From the human T2T-CHM13v2.0 reference genome, Homo sapiens, in NCBI RefSeq assembly GCF_009914755.1, contig NC_060929.1: a DNA stretch of 64,000 bases. One strand, written 5' to 3'. Below, one piece after another: positions 1 through 13,162 of this stretch. The stretch's first letter is position 1, and the number at the start of each line of letters is the position of its first letter. The translations under genes and the position numbers were made by a program. Under the pieces are notes generated by a model. It ran no database searches, was not told the DNA's origin, and saw only the letters and a list, made by a program, of their open reading frames with translations.

Positions 1-622
1 GGAAACACTCACCTTCTAGATGACAGGAACTCCAGGTCTGGAGTTCATGGGAAAATGCTGATTAAAGAAAGGCCTATTTTATCTGAAGCTGTAAAATTGG
101 TCAGATTGCCATGAGAACTAAACAGAAAACCAAGATGGAAGAAGAAGCTCATGTTTGCTGAGTATCTACCACATGTTTGGCACACCCCCAAGAGTTAATC
201 ATGTTATAAATTTAACCTCACAACAATACTATAAGGAAAAAAATTACAAATACCATTTGTAAGAGAGCAAACAAGGGTTCCAAAAACTTACACGTACTTG
301 CCAAGTTACAAGAGGTAGCACAACCAGGATTCACATGCCAGTCAAAAACCAGAAGCTTCTGTAATCTTTCAAATGCACATGCTAAAACACTGAGTTGTAA
401 GACTGCCAACACACTCATTCTTAATTTTTATTGTTACGAAATCATTTTACAAGACTGAAAGCATAAATATAAATTTTGTATGAAGAGCCTAGAAAAGGCT
501 TTATTCACCCGATTTTACATTTGAGGAAACATGCAGAAGGTCTACATTCAGTGAGTTCCAATCAGAAGTCTAATACTATCATTGGATAAATGTTATTGAA
601 CCTCTATCATACATGGGAAATG

Positions 623-697
623 AAAGCTACTAAGATCCCACTCTCAACAAATTTACAACAAAAGCTACCAAGAGCCCACCCTCAACAAATTTACAAT
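623..697. repeat. Two-copy tandem duplication, period 38 bp
   Basis: aaagctactaagatcccactctcaacaaatttacaa (from 623) is repeated as aaagctaccaagagcccaccctcaacaaatttacaa (from 661), with 3 mismatches. Confidence 0.85.
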
Positions 698-938
698 CCT
701 AGCTGGAGGTATGATACATATATACATAAGAAAACTAACAATACCAGATAGTATATGATAAACTATTGGAGTCATATATTTACATTGTTTCAAATAACTG
801 GCTGCTCCAAATATCACTCTAGCATTTAGATTGTTCCCCATAAATGAGTCACTGAAGGCTAAAATGTCTAATAGTAAACTTCTCTAAGAAAGTATATTCA
901 AATCTCTATTATTTTCTCATGCAATATATGCAATATGG

Positions 939-1312
939 TATATTAGCCCATTCTGGCATTACTATAAAGAAATACCTGAAACTGGGTAATTTGTTTAAAA
1001 AAGGGGTTTAATTGGCTCACAGTTTTTCAGGCAGTACAGGAAGCATGGCTGGAGAGGCCTCAGGAAACTTTCAATCATGGCAAAAGAAGCAGGCACATCT
1101 TACATGGCCAGAGCAGGAGGAAGACAGAGAAGGGGGAGGTGCCACATACTTTTAAACAACAAGATCTCCTGAGAACTCACCACTGTCATGAGAACAACAA
1201 GGGAAAAACACACTCCCATGATCCCATCACCTCCCACCAGGCCCTTCCTCCAACACTGGGGATTACAATTCAGTATGAGATTTGGGCAGGGACACAAATC
1301 CAAACCATATCA
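939..1312 (-). mobile_element. MaLR solo LTR (MSTA/MSTB-like)
   Basis: Typical MST/THE1 termini (t[g]tattag...ccaaaccatatca on +) and a perfect 5-bp TSD tatgg at 934-938 and 1313-1317. Confidence 0.85.
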
Positions 1313-2982
1313 TATGGAATCACAACGTTGTCATGGAGTATTTGCTTTCACCCATTACATATTTATCTATCTAAGCATGCCTATTTACTCTTATTACATC
1401 ATTACTAAGTCATTGGTTCAACATGTCAGGTCATAGGCACCTGAAGTATGTTAAACATTGTGTTAGGCTCCAGAGATAAGAAGATGAAGAGAGTATTGTT
1501 CTTACCCGAGAGGGGCTCACAGGGTCACAGGGAGAATACAGCATAGTTAGTTATCACATGGCTCACTAGAAACATACTCCACAGTTTACAGCAAATTGTG
1601 CATTTACACTAAATACACATTTCAACATGTTTTTTAAAAAGTATGCTTTTTGATCTAGGGAAATTACAGACTTCTGATTGGAACCAGTATTAATAAGATG
1701 CCAAGGCAAATATATCCTTTGCAGAAAACTAAAATTTCCTGGCATATTTGCCACAAGACTAGGATAAAAAAAATTATACAAGGAAACATTTTTTTTTAAT
1801 GCAGCATCTTTATACCATGTTTTGAAGTAATCCTTAATGAATGTGGTCGTATTTTCTGATTGGAATGAATCCACTTTACAACTTTTAAAGATAAGAACAA
1901 GCATTCATATGTGTACCAGAAAACTGAAACAGAAAAAGTAGGGAAACAAACAATAACAAAAGATTTTAGAGGTCAGATAATTAAAGAGCAGGATTCTGTG
2001 AATCTATTCATTATGTTAATATTGAAAAATGTAACTAAGCACCTCCAAGTTATTGATAAATACTCCATAGATATTTCATACCAAATGTGATCCTCATCTG
2101 TAGTATTGAAGAAAAACTCTTTTAACGGCAGTAAAAAAGTCCTTATAGCAACAAAAAAACAATGTCACATAACCAACTCATGCCTCTTTTGTAAATTGGT
2201 TTTAGTACTATTTTTAATGTTCTTTTGAAGAGAGAAAACCCATGAAGCCTATAATACAGGTATTTGAAGTATTTATACAGTAAAATAACGTAACAAATAT
2301 GCTTCCCTCTTTCCTCTCTGCATCCTTTCTGCTCCTCTTTCATTAGACTGACTGCGTTGAATGTCTATTATACTGGTTGAATCTGCTCAAAATATAAATA
2401 AAGAAATTAGATAAAAATTATCCACACTAAGTTGTTAAGAGAGAATAACACAGAAAAAAAAATATGTGTTTAGCATATGGAAATGAATCCCTTAAGGTAC
2501 GGAGTTTAAGGAAACATTGGGAAACGTCTCTTTGTCCAGACACCTCAGAATACCCTCAAATCATTCCTGCATATGCATGAGTATGCCACCCTTTTTATGC
2601 CACCTTTTTGTCAATAAACAAGGACTGCCATCCTCCAAAAATATAAAAGGTTGAAAAATAAAATAGGGCTAACAATAAGCTCTGCCTATACAACACATTC
2701 AAAGAGAACCAGACGGAAAAATTGAGTCACCATGATTATCATGGCCAAATTTTTTAGAGTTCCTAGAACAGTCCCAATAATAAATATTCTGCCCATTGTT
2801 GTGGAAAAAAAAAAAAAGCTTAAATGCCCAGGAAATGTCACTATGTTGGCCAGTTTCCCAGACTACCTCTCATACCTGAAAAGAAAGATTCTCTGTCATC
2901 CTAAGTATTCCAATAGAGACTTAAGAAAATTCTTCACTATATGTGAGCCACACAATAAAAACTACAGTTAAGAAAAACAGAT

Positions 2983-5900
2983 GGCTGGCAAGATGGCCAA
3001 AAAGGAACAGCTCCAGTCTGCAGCTCCCAGCAAGATCAACGCAGAAGGCGGGTGATTTCTGCATTTCCAACTAAGGTACCCGGCTCATCTCACTGGGAAT
3101 GGTTAGACAATGGGTGCAGCCCATGGAGGGCAAGTCAAAGCAGGGTGGTGCATCACCTCACCTGGGAAGTGCAAGGAGTCGGTGAACTCCTTCCCCTAGC
3201 CAAGGGAAGCCATGAGGGACTGTGCCGTGAGGAAGGGTGCATTCTGGCCCAGATACTACACTTCTCCCATGGTCTTCACAACCCACAGACCAGGAGATTC
3301 CCTCAGGTGCCTAGATCACCAGTTTTCAAGCACAAAACTTGGTGGCCATTTGGGCAGACACTGAGCTAGCCAAACGGAGTTTTTTTTCATACCCCAGTGG
3401 TGCCTGGAACGAAAGCAAGAAGGAACCCTTCGGTGCCCTGGAAAGGTAACTGAAGCCAGGGAGCCAAGTGGTCTCACTCAGCGGATCCCACTCCACAGAT
3501 CCCAGCAAGCTAAGATCCACTGGCTTGAAATTCTCAGTGCCAACACAGCAGTCTGAAGTCTACCTGGGATGCTTCAGCTTGGTAGGGGGGGGGGGGCATC
3601 CACTATTACTGAGGCTTGAGTAGGCGGTTTTCCCCTCATAGTGTAAACAAAGCCACCAAGAAGTTTGAACTGGGCGGAGCCCACAACAGCTCGGTAAAGG
3701 CACTGTACCAGATGGCCTCTCTAAATTCCTCCTCTCAGGGCAGGGCATCTCTGAAAGAAAGGCAGCAACCCCAGTCAGGGGCTTATATATGAAACTCCCA
3801 TCTCCCTGGGACAGAGCATCTGGAGGAAGGGGCAGCTGGGGGCACCACTTCAACAGACTTAAACATTCCTGCCTGCCAACTCTGAAGAGAGCAGTGGATC
3901 TACCAGCACAATGCTCAAGCTCTGCTAAGGGACAGACTACCTCCTCAAGTGGGTCCCTGACCCCCAGGCCTCCTGACTGGGAGACACCTCCCAGCAGGGA
4001 TCAACAGATACCTCATACATTAGATGTCCAGCTGGCATCTGGCAGGTGTCCCTCTGGGAGGAAGCTTCCAGAGGAAGGAACAGGCGGCAATCTTTGCTAT
4101 TCTGCAGCCTCCGCTGGTGATACCCAGGAAAACAGGGTCTGGAGTGGACCTCCAGCAAACTTCATCAGATCTGTAGCAGAGGGGCATGACTGTTAGAAGG
4201 AAAACTAACAAACAGAAAGGAATAGCAACAACATCAACAAAAAGGATGTCCACACAAAAACCCCATCCAAAGGTCACCAGCATCAAAGACCAAAGGTAGA
4301 TAAATCCAGGAAGATGAGGAAAAATCAGCAAAAAAAAAAGGCTGAAAATTCCAAAAACCAGAATGCCTCTTCTCCTTCAAAGGATCACAGCTCTTCACCA
4401 GCAAGGGAACAAAACTAGATGGAGAATGAGTTTGACAAATTGACAGAAGTAGGCTTCAGAAGGTGGGTAATAACAAACTTCTCCAAGCTAAAGGAGCATG
4501 TTCTAACCCAATGCAAGGAAGCTAAGAACCTTGAAAAAAGGTTAGAGGAATTGCTAACTAGAATAACCAATTTAGAGAAGAATATAAATGACCTGATGGA
4601 GCTGAAAAACACAGCACGAGAACTTCGTGAAGCATACACAAGTATCAATAGCCGAATTGATCAAGCGAAAGAAAGGATGTCAGAGATTGTAGATCAACTG
4701 AATGAAAGAAAGTGAGAAAACAAGATTAGTGAAAAGAAATGAACAAAGCCTCCAAGAAGTGTGGGACTATGTGAAAAGACCAAATCTATGTTTGATTGGT
4801 GTACCTGAAAGTGACAGGGAGAATGGAACCAAGTTGGAAAACACTCTGCAGGATATTACCCAGGACAACTTCCCCTACCTAGCAAGGCAGGTCAACATTC
4901 AAATTCAGGAAACACAGAGAATGCCACAAAGATACTACTCGAGAAGAGTAACCCCAAGACACATAATTGTCAGATTCGCCAAAGTTGAAATGAAGGAAAA
5001 AATGTTAAGGGCAGCCAGAGAGAAAGGTAGGGTTACCCACAAAGGGAAGCCCATCAGACTAACAGTGGATCTCTCTAGAGTAACCCTACAAGCCAGAAGA
5101 TAGTGGGGGCCAATATTCAACATTCTTAAAAAAAAGAATTTTCAATCCAGAATTTCATATTCAGCCAAACTAAGCTTCATAAGTGAAGGAGAAATAAAAT
5201 CCTTTACAGACAACCAAATCCTGAGAGTTTTTGTCACCACCAGGCCGGCCTTACAAGATCTCCTGAAGGAAACACAAGATATGGAAAGGAAAAACCAGTA
5301 CCAGCCACTGCAAAAAAATACCAAATTGTAAAGACCATCAAAACTATGAAGAAACTGCATCCACTAACGGGTAAAATAACCAGCTAGCATCTTAATGGCA
5401 GGATCAAATTCACACATAACAATATTAACCTTAAATGTAAATGGGCTAAATGCCCCAATTAAAAGGCACAGACTGGCAAATTGGATAGAGTCAAGACCCA
5501 TCAGTGTGCTGCATTCAGGAGACCCATCTCACGTGCAAAGACACACATAGGCTCAAAATAAAGGGATGGAGAATATTTACGAAGTAAATGGAAAGCAAAA
5601 AAAGGCAGGGGTTGCAACCCTAATAGCTGATAGAACAGACTTTAAGCCAACAAAAATAAAAAAAGCCAAAGAAGACCATTACATAATGGTAAAGGGATCA
5701 ATGCAACAAGAAGAGCTAACTATCCAAAATATATATGCACCCAATACAGGAGCACCCGGATTCATAAAGCAAGTCCTTAGAGACCTACAAAGAGACTTAG
5801 ACTCCCACACAATAATAATGGGAGACTTTAACACCCCACTGTCAACATTAGACACATCAGTGAAACAGAAAGTTAACAAGGATATCCAGGAATTGAACTC

Positions 5901-8900
5901 AGCTCTGCACCAAGTGGACCTAATAGCCATCTACAGAACTCTCCACCCCAAATCAACGGAATATACATTCTTCTCAGCACCACATCACACTTATTCCAAA
6001 ACTGACCACATAGTTGGAAGTAAAGCACTCCTCAGTAAATGTAAAAGAACAGAAATTATAACAAACTGTATCTCAGACCACAGTGCAATCAAACTAGAAC
6101 TCAGGATTAAGAAACTCACTCAAAACCACTCAACTACATGGAAACTGAACAACCTGCTCCTGAATGACTACTGGGTACATAACAAAATGAAGGCAGAAAT
6201 AAAGATGTTCTTTGAAACCAATGAGAACAAAGACACAATGTACCAGAATCTCAGGGACACAGCTAAAACAGTGCTTAGAGAGAAATTTATAGTGCTAAAT
6301 GCCCACGAGAGAAAGCAGGAAAGATCTAAAATTGACACCCTAACATCACAATTAAAAGAACTAGAGAAGCAAGAGCAAACAAATTCAAAAGCTAGCAGAA
6401 GACAAGAAATAACAAAGATCAGAGCAGAACTGAAGGAGACAGAGACATGAAAAACCCTTCAAAAAATCAATGAATCCAGGAGCTGGTTTTTTGAAAATAT
6501 TAACAAAATAGATAGAACACTAAGCAGACTAACAGAAGAAAAGAGAGAAGAATCAAATACACACAATAAAAAATGATAAAGGAGATATCACCACTGATCC
6601 CACAGAAATACAAACTACCATCAGAGAATACTATAAACACCTCTATGTAAATAAACTAGAAAATCTAGAAGAAATTGATAAATTCCTAGACACATATAAC
6701 CTCCCAAGACTAAGCCAGGAAGAAGTCAAATCCCTGAATAGACCAATGACAAGTTCTGAAATTGAGGCAGTAATTAATAGCCTACCAACAAAAACAGCCT
6801 AGGACTGGACGGATTTACAGCTGAATTCTACCAGAGGTACAAAGGGGAGCTAGTACCATTCCTTCTGAAACCATTCCAAACAATAGAAAAATAGGGACTG
6901 CTCCCAAACTCATTTTTTGAGACCAGCATCATCCTGATACCAAAACCTGACAGAGACACAACAAAAAAAGGAAATTTCAGGCCAATATGCCTGATGAAAA
7001 TCAATGCAAAAATCCTCAGTAAAATACTGGCAAACCGAATCCAGCAGCACATTAAAAAACTTCATCCCTGGGATGCAAGGCTGGTTAAACATACACAAAT
7101 CAATAAATGTAATCCATCACATAAACAGAACCAATGATAAAAAACACATGATTATCTCAATAGATGCAGAAAAGGCCTTTGATAAAATTCAACACCCTTC
7201 ATGCTAAAAACTCCCAATAAACTAGGTATTGATGGAATGTATCTCAAAATAATAAGAGCTATTTATGACAAACCCACAGCCAATATCATGCGAATGGCCA
7301 AAAGCTGGAAGCATTCCTTTTGAAAACCAGCACAAGACAAGGATACCCTCTCTCACCACTCCTTTTCATCATAATATTGGAAGTTCTGGCCAGGGAAATC
7401 AGGTTAGAGAAAGAAGTAAAGGGTGTTCTAATAGGGGGAGAGGAAGTCATATTTTCTCTGTTTGCAGATGACATGATTGTATATTTAGAAAACCCCACTG
7501 TCTCAGCCCAAAATCTCCTCAGGCTGATAAGCAACTTCAGCAAAGTCTCAGCATACAAAATCAATGTGCAAAAATCACAAGCATTCCTATAAACAAATAA
7601 CAGACAAACAGAGAGCCAAATCATGAGTGAACTCCCATTCACAATTGCTACAAAGAAAATAAAATACATCGGAATACAACTTACAAGGGACGTGAAGGCC
7701 CTCTTCAAGGAGAACTACAAACCACTGCTCAATGAAATAAAAGAGGATACAAACAAATGGAAGAACATTCCATGCCCATGAATCAGAAGAATCAATATCA
7801 CGAAAATGGCCATACTGCCCAAAGTAATTTATAGATTCAGTGCTATCCCCATCAAGCTACCATTGAATTTCTTCACAGAATTAGAAAAAAACTACTTTAC
7901 ATTTTATATGGAACCAAAAAAGAGCCTGTATAGGCAAGACAATCCTAAGCTAAAAGAACAAAGCTGGAGGCATCACGTTACCTGACTTCAAACTATACTA
8001 CAAGGCTACAGTAACCAAAACAGCATGGTATTGTTACCAATATAGATATATAGACCAATGGAACAGGACAGAGGCCTCAGAAATAACACCACACATCTAC
8101 AACCATCTGATCTTTGACAAACCTGACAAAAACAAGCAATGGGGAAAGAATTCCCTATTTAATAAATGATGTTGGGAAAACTGGCTAGCCATATGCAGAA
8201 AACTGAAACTAGACCCCTTCCTTACACCTAATACAAAAATTAACTCAAGATGGATTAAACACTTAAACATTAGACCTAAAACCACAAAACCTTAGAAGAA
8301 AACCTAGGCAATACCATTCAGGATATAGACATGGGCAAAGACTTCACGACTAAAACACCAAAAGCAATAGCAACAAAAGCCAAAATGGACAAATGGGATC
8401 TAATTAAACTAAAGAGCTTCTGCACAGCAAAAGAAACTCTCATTGGAGTGAACAGGCAACCTACAGAGTGGGAGAGAATTTTTGCAATCTATGCATCTGA
8501 CAAAGGGCTAATATCCAGAATCTACAAGAAACTTAAACAAAATTACAAAAAAAAAAAAAAAATCAAAAAGTGGGCAAAGAATATGAACAGACATTTATGT
8601 GGCCAAAAAACATGAAAAAAGCTCATCATAGCTGGTAGTATTCCATGGTGTATATGTATCACATTTTCTTCATCCAGTCTATCATTGATGGGCATTTGGG
8701 TTGGTTTCAAGTCTTTGCTATTGTGAATAGTGCTGCAATAAACATACGTGTGCATATGTCTTTAGAGTAGAATGATTTATAATCCTTTGGGTATATACCC
8801 AGTAATGGGATTGCTGGGTCAAATGGTATTTCTGGTTCTAGATCCTTGAGGAATCGCCACACTGTCTTCCACAATGGTTGAACTAATTTACACTGCCATC

Positions 8901-8922
8901 AACAGTATAAAAATGTTCCTAT
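2983..8922 (+). mobile_element. Near-full-length decayed LINE-1 (L1PA7/PA8-like) with rearranged 3' end
   Basis: The 5'UTR starts ggctggcaagatggcc. ORF1 remnants span ~4314-5330 (MENEFDKLTEVGFRRW..., VKRPNLCLIGVPE). ORF2 starts at ~5395 with EN peptides ([24 protein letters not shown]) and RT peptides ([20 protein letters not shown]). There are many frameshifts and stops, and the last ~290 bp are inverted. Confidence 0.95.
5395..8636 (+). pseudogene. Disrupted L1 ORF2 (endonuclease/reverse transcriptase)
   Basis: ORF-track fragments 5566-6450, 7004-7207, 7320-7592 and 8331-8615 match L1 ORF2p in different frames. Confidence 0.9.
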
Positions 8923-9113
8923 AACATTGACACTCATTCCAGAACCCTTTTGCCAGATGATACAAACTGGTCTCTCATGAATATTTTATCATACTTTTAC
9001 GAAAGGTTCAAGGAATAATACACTGTCTAAAACTTACAGGTCATTAAATTCTACTTACCAACATTTGGTAGTACCTAGAAGGGCAAGATTTCCCTGTTTA
9101 GGCCTTGGGAAGG

Positions 9114-9532
9114 TGATATGGTTTGGATCTGTGTTCTTGCCCAAATCTCACACTGAATTGTAATCCCCAGTGTTGGAGGTGTGGCCTGATAGGAGGTGAT
9201 TAGGTCATGGGAGTGGATCCTTCATAAATAGTTTAGCACCATTTCTTTGGTGCTGTTCTCATGATAGAGATCTTATGAGATCTGGTGGTTTAAAAGTGTG
9301 TGGTACCTCCCTACCTCTCTATCTTCCATCTACTCCTGGCCAGGTGGAGTGCTGGCTCCCCCTTTGCCTTCTGCCATAATTGTAAGTTTCCTGTGGCCTC
9401 CTCAGAAGCCGAGCAGAAGCTGCTGTGCTTCCTGTACAGTCTGCAGGACCATAAGCCAATTAAACCTCTTTTCTTTATAAATTACCTAGTCTCAGGTACT
9501 TATTTATGGCAATGCAAGAAGGGAATAATACA
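9114..9532 (+). mobile_element. MaLR solo LTR (MSTB/MSTA-like)
   Basis: Runs tgatatggtttggatctgtg...ccaattaaacctcttttctttataaattacctagtctcagg...taataca. Confidence 0.85.
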
Positions 9533-10404
9533 GAGAATGTCAGGAAATGCCCTCTCCCTCCCTTACTCTCACCTTTCTCCCAATTATCTTTGGGTTTCCT
9601 TTACTTGTCTTCTCTTTAGTCCCTCTCCACGTAGCACATGCCTCTCTTCCCATGACAAAACATGAGTCTCCAGCCTGGTCTAATTCATTTTGCAAACTCT
9701 GCCACCTCAGACTTCATTGAGAATTCAGAGAGGTCTGTCTCTACTAGGCTTCCTCTGAATCAGTGGTCTTGGAAAGGGCAGATAATTATAGGTCAACTAG
9801 AACATCTTCACTAGTAATGCTGCAACTCACTTCCCTCCTAAATACTTGATGATTTACACCTCTTATCACAGAGAGGGTTCATTTTCTTTCAAAGACCCCA
9901 GGGACTGGTCTCCTGAGCAAGGCACTGCCTAATCTTCATGAGGACTGTGTATATCAACTATAAACATGACTTTGATACTTATTCTTTGTGAAATGATACC
10001 TCTAATCTTAGAATATTTAAAACCCATAGCTTTCTTGGCCTGGTTGTTATTACAAAGGGTAGCTACATTAACTGAAAATACTCCTGCCTGAGCCATTCAA
10101 AATGAATCTAGCCAGGCTCAAAGAGTATCCCCCGCAACATCCTAGTTTCTCTCAGGACATCAGATGTGATATTTACCTGATGCAGATTCAGCTGACCTAT
10201 AGAAATCAAGTCCAAATAAATTCTATTTAGAAATAACCCTAAATTAAAAAACAAGAGCTGCTTCAAATGACCCAAGCATATTTTCTGTATCCATACTTCC
10301 TGTTATGATAGCTATGATACCATACTTATTCTTGGTCACTCTAAGTATCTGAAGAAAAACATGTTTATCAATCCAGAAAGTTATTAATCTAGATAAAGTG
10401 TTAA

Positions 10405-10600
10405 AAAGTTTTTCCTGTGATGGTTCAGATAGTAAATATAGTCTCTGTCACAACTACCCAACCCTGCCATTGTACCTTGAAATATGCCATAAACAATACC
10501 TAGGTGAATAGATGTGGCTGTGTTTCAATAACACTTTATTTACAAAAATAGGAAATGGGCCATGTTTGGCCTGAAGGCAGTAGTTTCCCAGACCCTGTCC
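10405..10600. mobile_element. MER58-like hAT-Charlie MITE
   Basis: Contains gatagtaaatat...gtctctgtcacaactac...gtggctgtgtttcaataacactttatttacaaaaa...gtagtttcccagaccctg, which resembles the MER58 consensus as recalled. Confidence 0.65.
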
Positions 10601-12149
10601 TAGATTATTACTGTAGATTTGAGATTTTAAAAGAGACCTTAGGTTGGCATTGATTTAAAGGTTATTATCAAAGGTATAGGAGGGTGCCTACCAGTATAGA
10701 TCTATTTACTTGCAAAACAAGAGTTTTTAAAAGCAGAATTCTAAAACTTCATGAAAACTCTGAAAACATGTAGTTTATGTACTTTATTTTACAGATAAGA
10801 AAAATGTGCAACAGATTTTAGTAAAGAACCAGATACACCAACCCCCAATTCAAAATTATCAAAATTCAAAAACCTTATCACAAAACTGAGGAAGCAGAAC
10901 ACACATGTATGTTAGTAATTCTGGTGATATTACTCAGTTATATCATAAAGGGTCTCTGGTCTATGCATATCTAAAATTAAATGGAATCTCCAGCTACTTC
11001 TCCAGTTCCTTACTGCAATCTAAAATAGCCTTCAAATATTAGGAAAGGGCTGATCCCATAGAAAATCCCATTCCTCGCCCTAAAGATGTATATATGCATC
11101 TACACACACACCTTACACAAAGTTATTGTGGGTTTCAAAAATTCAGCTGAGGTCAATACAGGTATAAAATTTTTACTTAAGTATATCTTGACTCTGGCCA
11201 GCAAGAGTTATTGCCACAGTGTAAGTGCACCAAAATGCCAGAAGTAATAATATTTAGAATTAGGTCAATGAAAACTTAAAATATAACATAAAATTGTTAA
11301 CAGTGATTTGATTTTTAATAATGTATATTTTACTTATTAACCTTTTTTCTGTATTTCCTAGTATGTTTTCAAATTTGCATGCACTAGCTCTACAAATATA
11401 AAAAGAATTAACTCAAAAATCAGAACATATTATATAATTTTAAAAACTTTTTAAAGAAATAATATCACATTCATTTCTGTATCACTAATTCCTAGCAAGA
11501 TACACATAGTAAGCATTCAATAAATAAACACATTTATGGCAGGTAACTTGAGAATGTTCTCAATTAAACAGGCTACATTAGTGAAGGTATTTAAACACTA
11601 AAAAATTCTAACAAAATCATTCTCATCTTTATTTCTAATATCCATTGTTAGCATGCAAAACTATTTGCCTTTATTAAACTCTAAAGTTATATTTCACAGC
11701 TGTGTTTTTGTAGCTGTGAAATTTAGTCCTCCGAGTATATCTTAGCTATTTACATTTTAGCTGTGAAATAAAGATTTTGTTTTTAGCCAGCTAGCAAGAG
11801 CACTTTTGTTACATCAGTTTCAAAAACTGTCAAATCAGAAATAGCAGCTTTAAATATATCAAAGTGTACTTTGCTTTTTCTCATGTGATAATATCTGCTA
11901 TACAATATTAATTAAGTTGAACATTTAAACTACTTTTTCATACTTCTATGGAAATTTCTGTTACATTCTGAACAAAGAAAACATCCAATGTAAGGAAAAT
12001 GGCACAGGTCATTGCCGCTTCTTCATCGATAAAGTACACAAAAAATTCTCTGTTCCAAGGCAAAGTTCATATGTACATGAGCACAAACAAATATTTTACT
12101 AAGGAACAAACCAACCCAAGTGTAACTTAGCATGGGTAGCAATATCCAT

Positions 12150-12290
12150 GTGCAAACTCACCTGGGAGTGGTAAGAAATGCAGATTCTCAGGACCCAGGC
12201 CATTCAAATCTTGAAGCAAATCTGATTTTAATGACAACTCAGGGGATTCAGGTTCACAATAAATTTGAGATGCATTGGTCTACAACTAGA
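12150..12290. mobile_element. MER5A-like fragment
   Basis: Contains cacctgggag...agaaatgcagattctcagg...ggggattc...tttgagatgcattgg. Confidence 0.5.
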
Positions 12291-12339
12291 GAGTCTCAAC
12301 AAGAATTTTGGACAAAATATGCAAGCTGTGCCTTCACAG

Positions 12340-12800
12340 ATGTAATCAGACTAGGTTGGTCACAAATACACCAGAATATTTGTATTCAGATTTCCCATTC
12401 TTAGTGTAGTCACATTAGGGAGCTCTATACTTATTACCCTCACACTCCATTGCTGGCACTATATTTGAATATCCCCTTTTGGCCTCAGTAAGACTCAAAA
12501 AATGTGTCATTACTTTACAGTTTCACCTCCTTTTCTACCAAAAACAGCTTTTCATGCTGATTTTATTCAAAAAACAAAGCCAAATAATATTGGGCTCTTT
12601 CCAAAATAAAATCCATTTTCAAGTATAAATATTTGCTCTCTTTAAAAGTAACAAAAAGATTGGACTGTAGGATCTAAAAAATCTGAAGAAGAATTCAAAA
12701 AGTGCTTGAACAATGGCAGCATAATTGTAATATAACAAGTGACTCCTATAAAAAGAGAAACTTTCATTTATGTGTATAACTAAGTTTTTGCATTTTTGTT
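12340..12800. mobile_element. Ancient mariner-like element (MARNA-like) with internal inverted segments
   Basis: gaagaattcaaaaagtgcttgaacaatggcagcataattg (~12690-12730) resembles a mariner transposase 3' end. A diverged reverse complement lies at ~12405-12480 (gtagtcac...tatacttatt...ccattgct). Confidence 0.45.
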
Positions 12801-13162
12801 TTTTAAATGGGGTGTACCACTGAAGACTTAACTGATTAACAGAATGACCTGCTGAAGACTTAAGTGGTGCTTTGTTACTGCCTCTGCAGCAAGAGGATGC
12901 CATGAAGTTTTCTATTCTGTTCTTCAGAGATGGAATCTTCTGAGATGGAGAATACCCCCTAGCATGGCGTATCTTTGGTGGGTCTTTGGATGATATATGA
13001 AATAAAAGGATGGGCACCAACATCTGAATCATGAGGAAATCACCCTTATTTAAGGGATCATCCTGGCCTAGAGCTCTGTGCAGTGCAATATGGTAAAAGG
13101 AAGCAATGCCACAAGGCCCTAGAAGATACCAGGCACCAGGGTTCTTCTAGGAAAAGACTGGC

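Noticed and set aside
623-697. CRISPR-like or functional repeat array (also 37928-37972 and 62826-62950)
   Set aside because: These are 2-3 copy head-to-tail duplications without spacers in eukaryotic DNA, i.e. ordinary slippage.
4314-8636. Active L1
   Set aside because: ORF1 and ORF2 have multiple frameshifts, stops and deletions, and the 3' end is rearranged.
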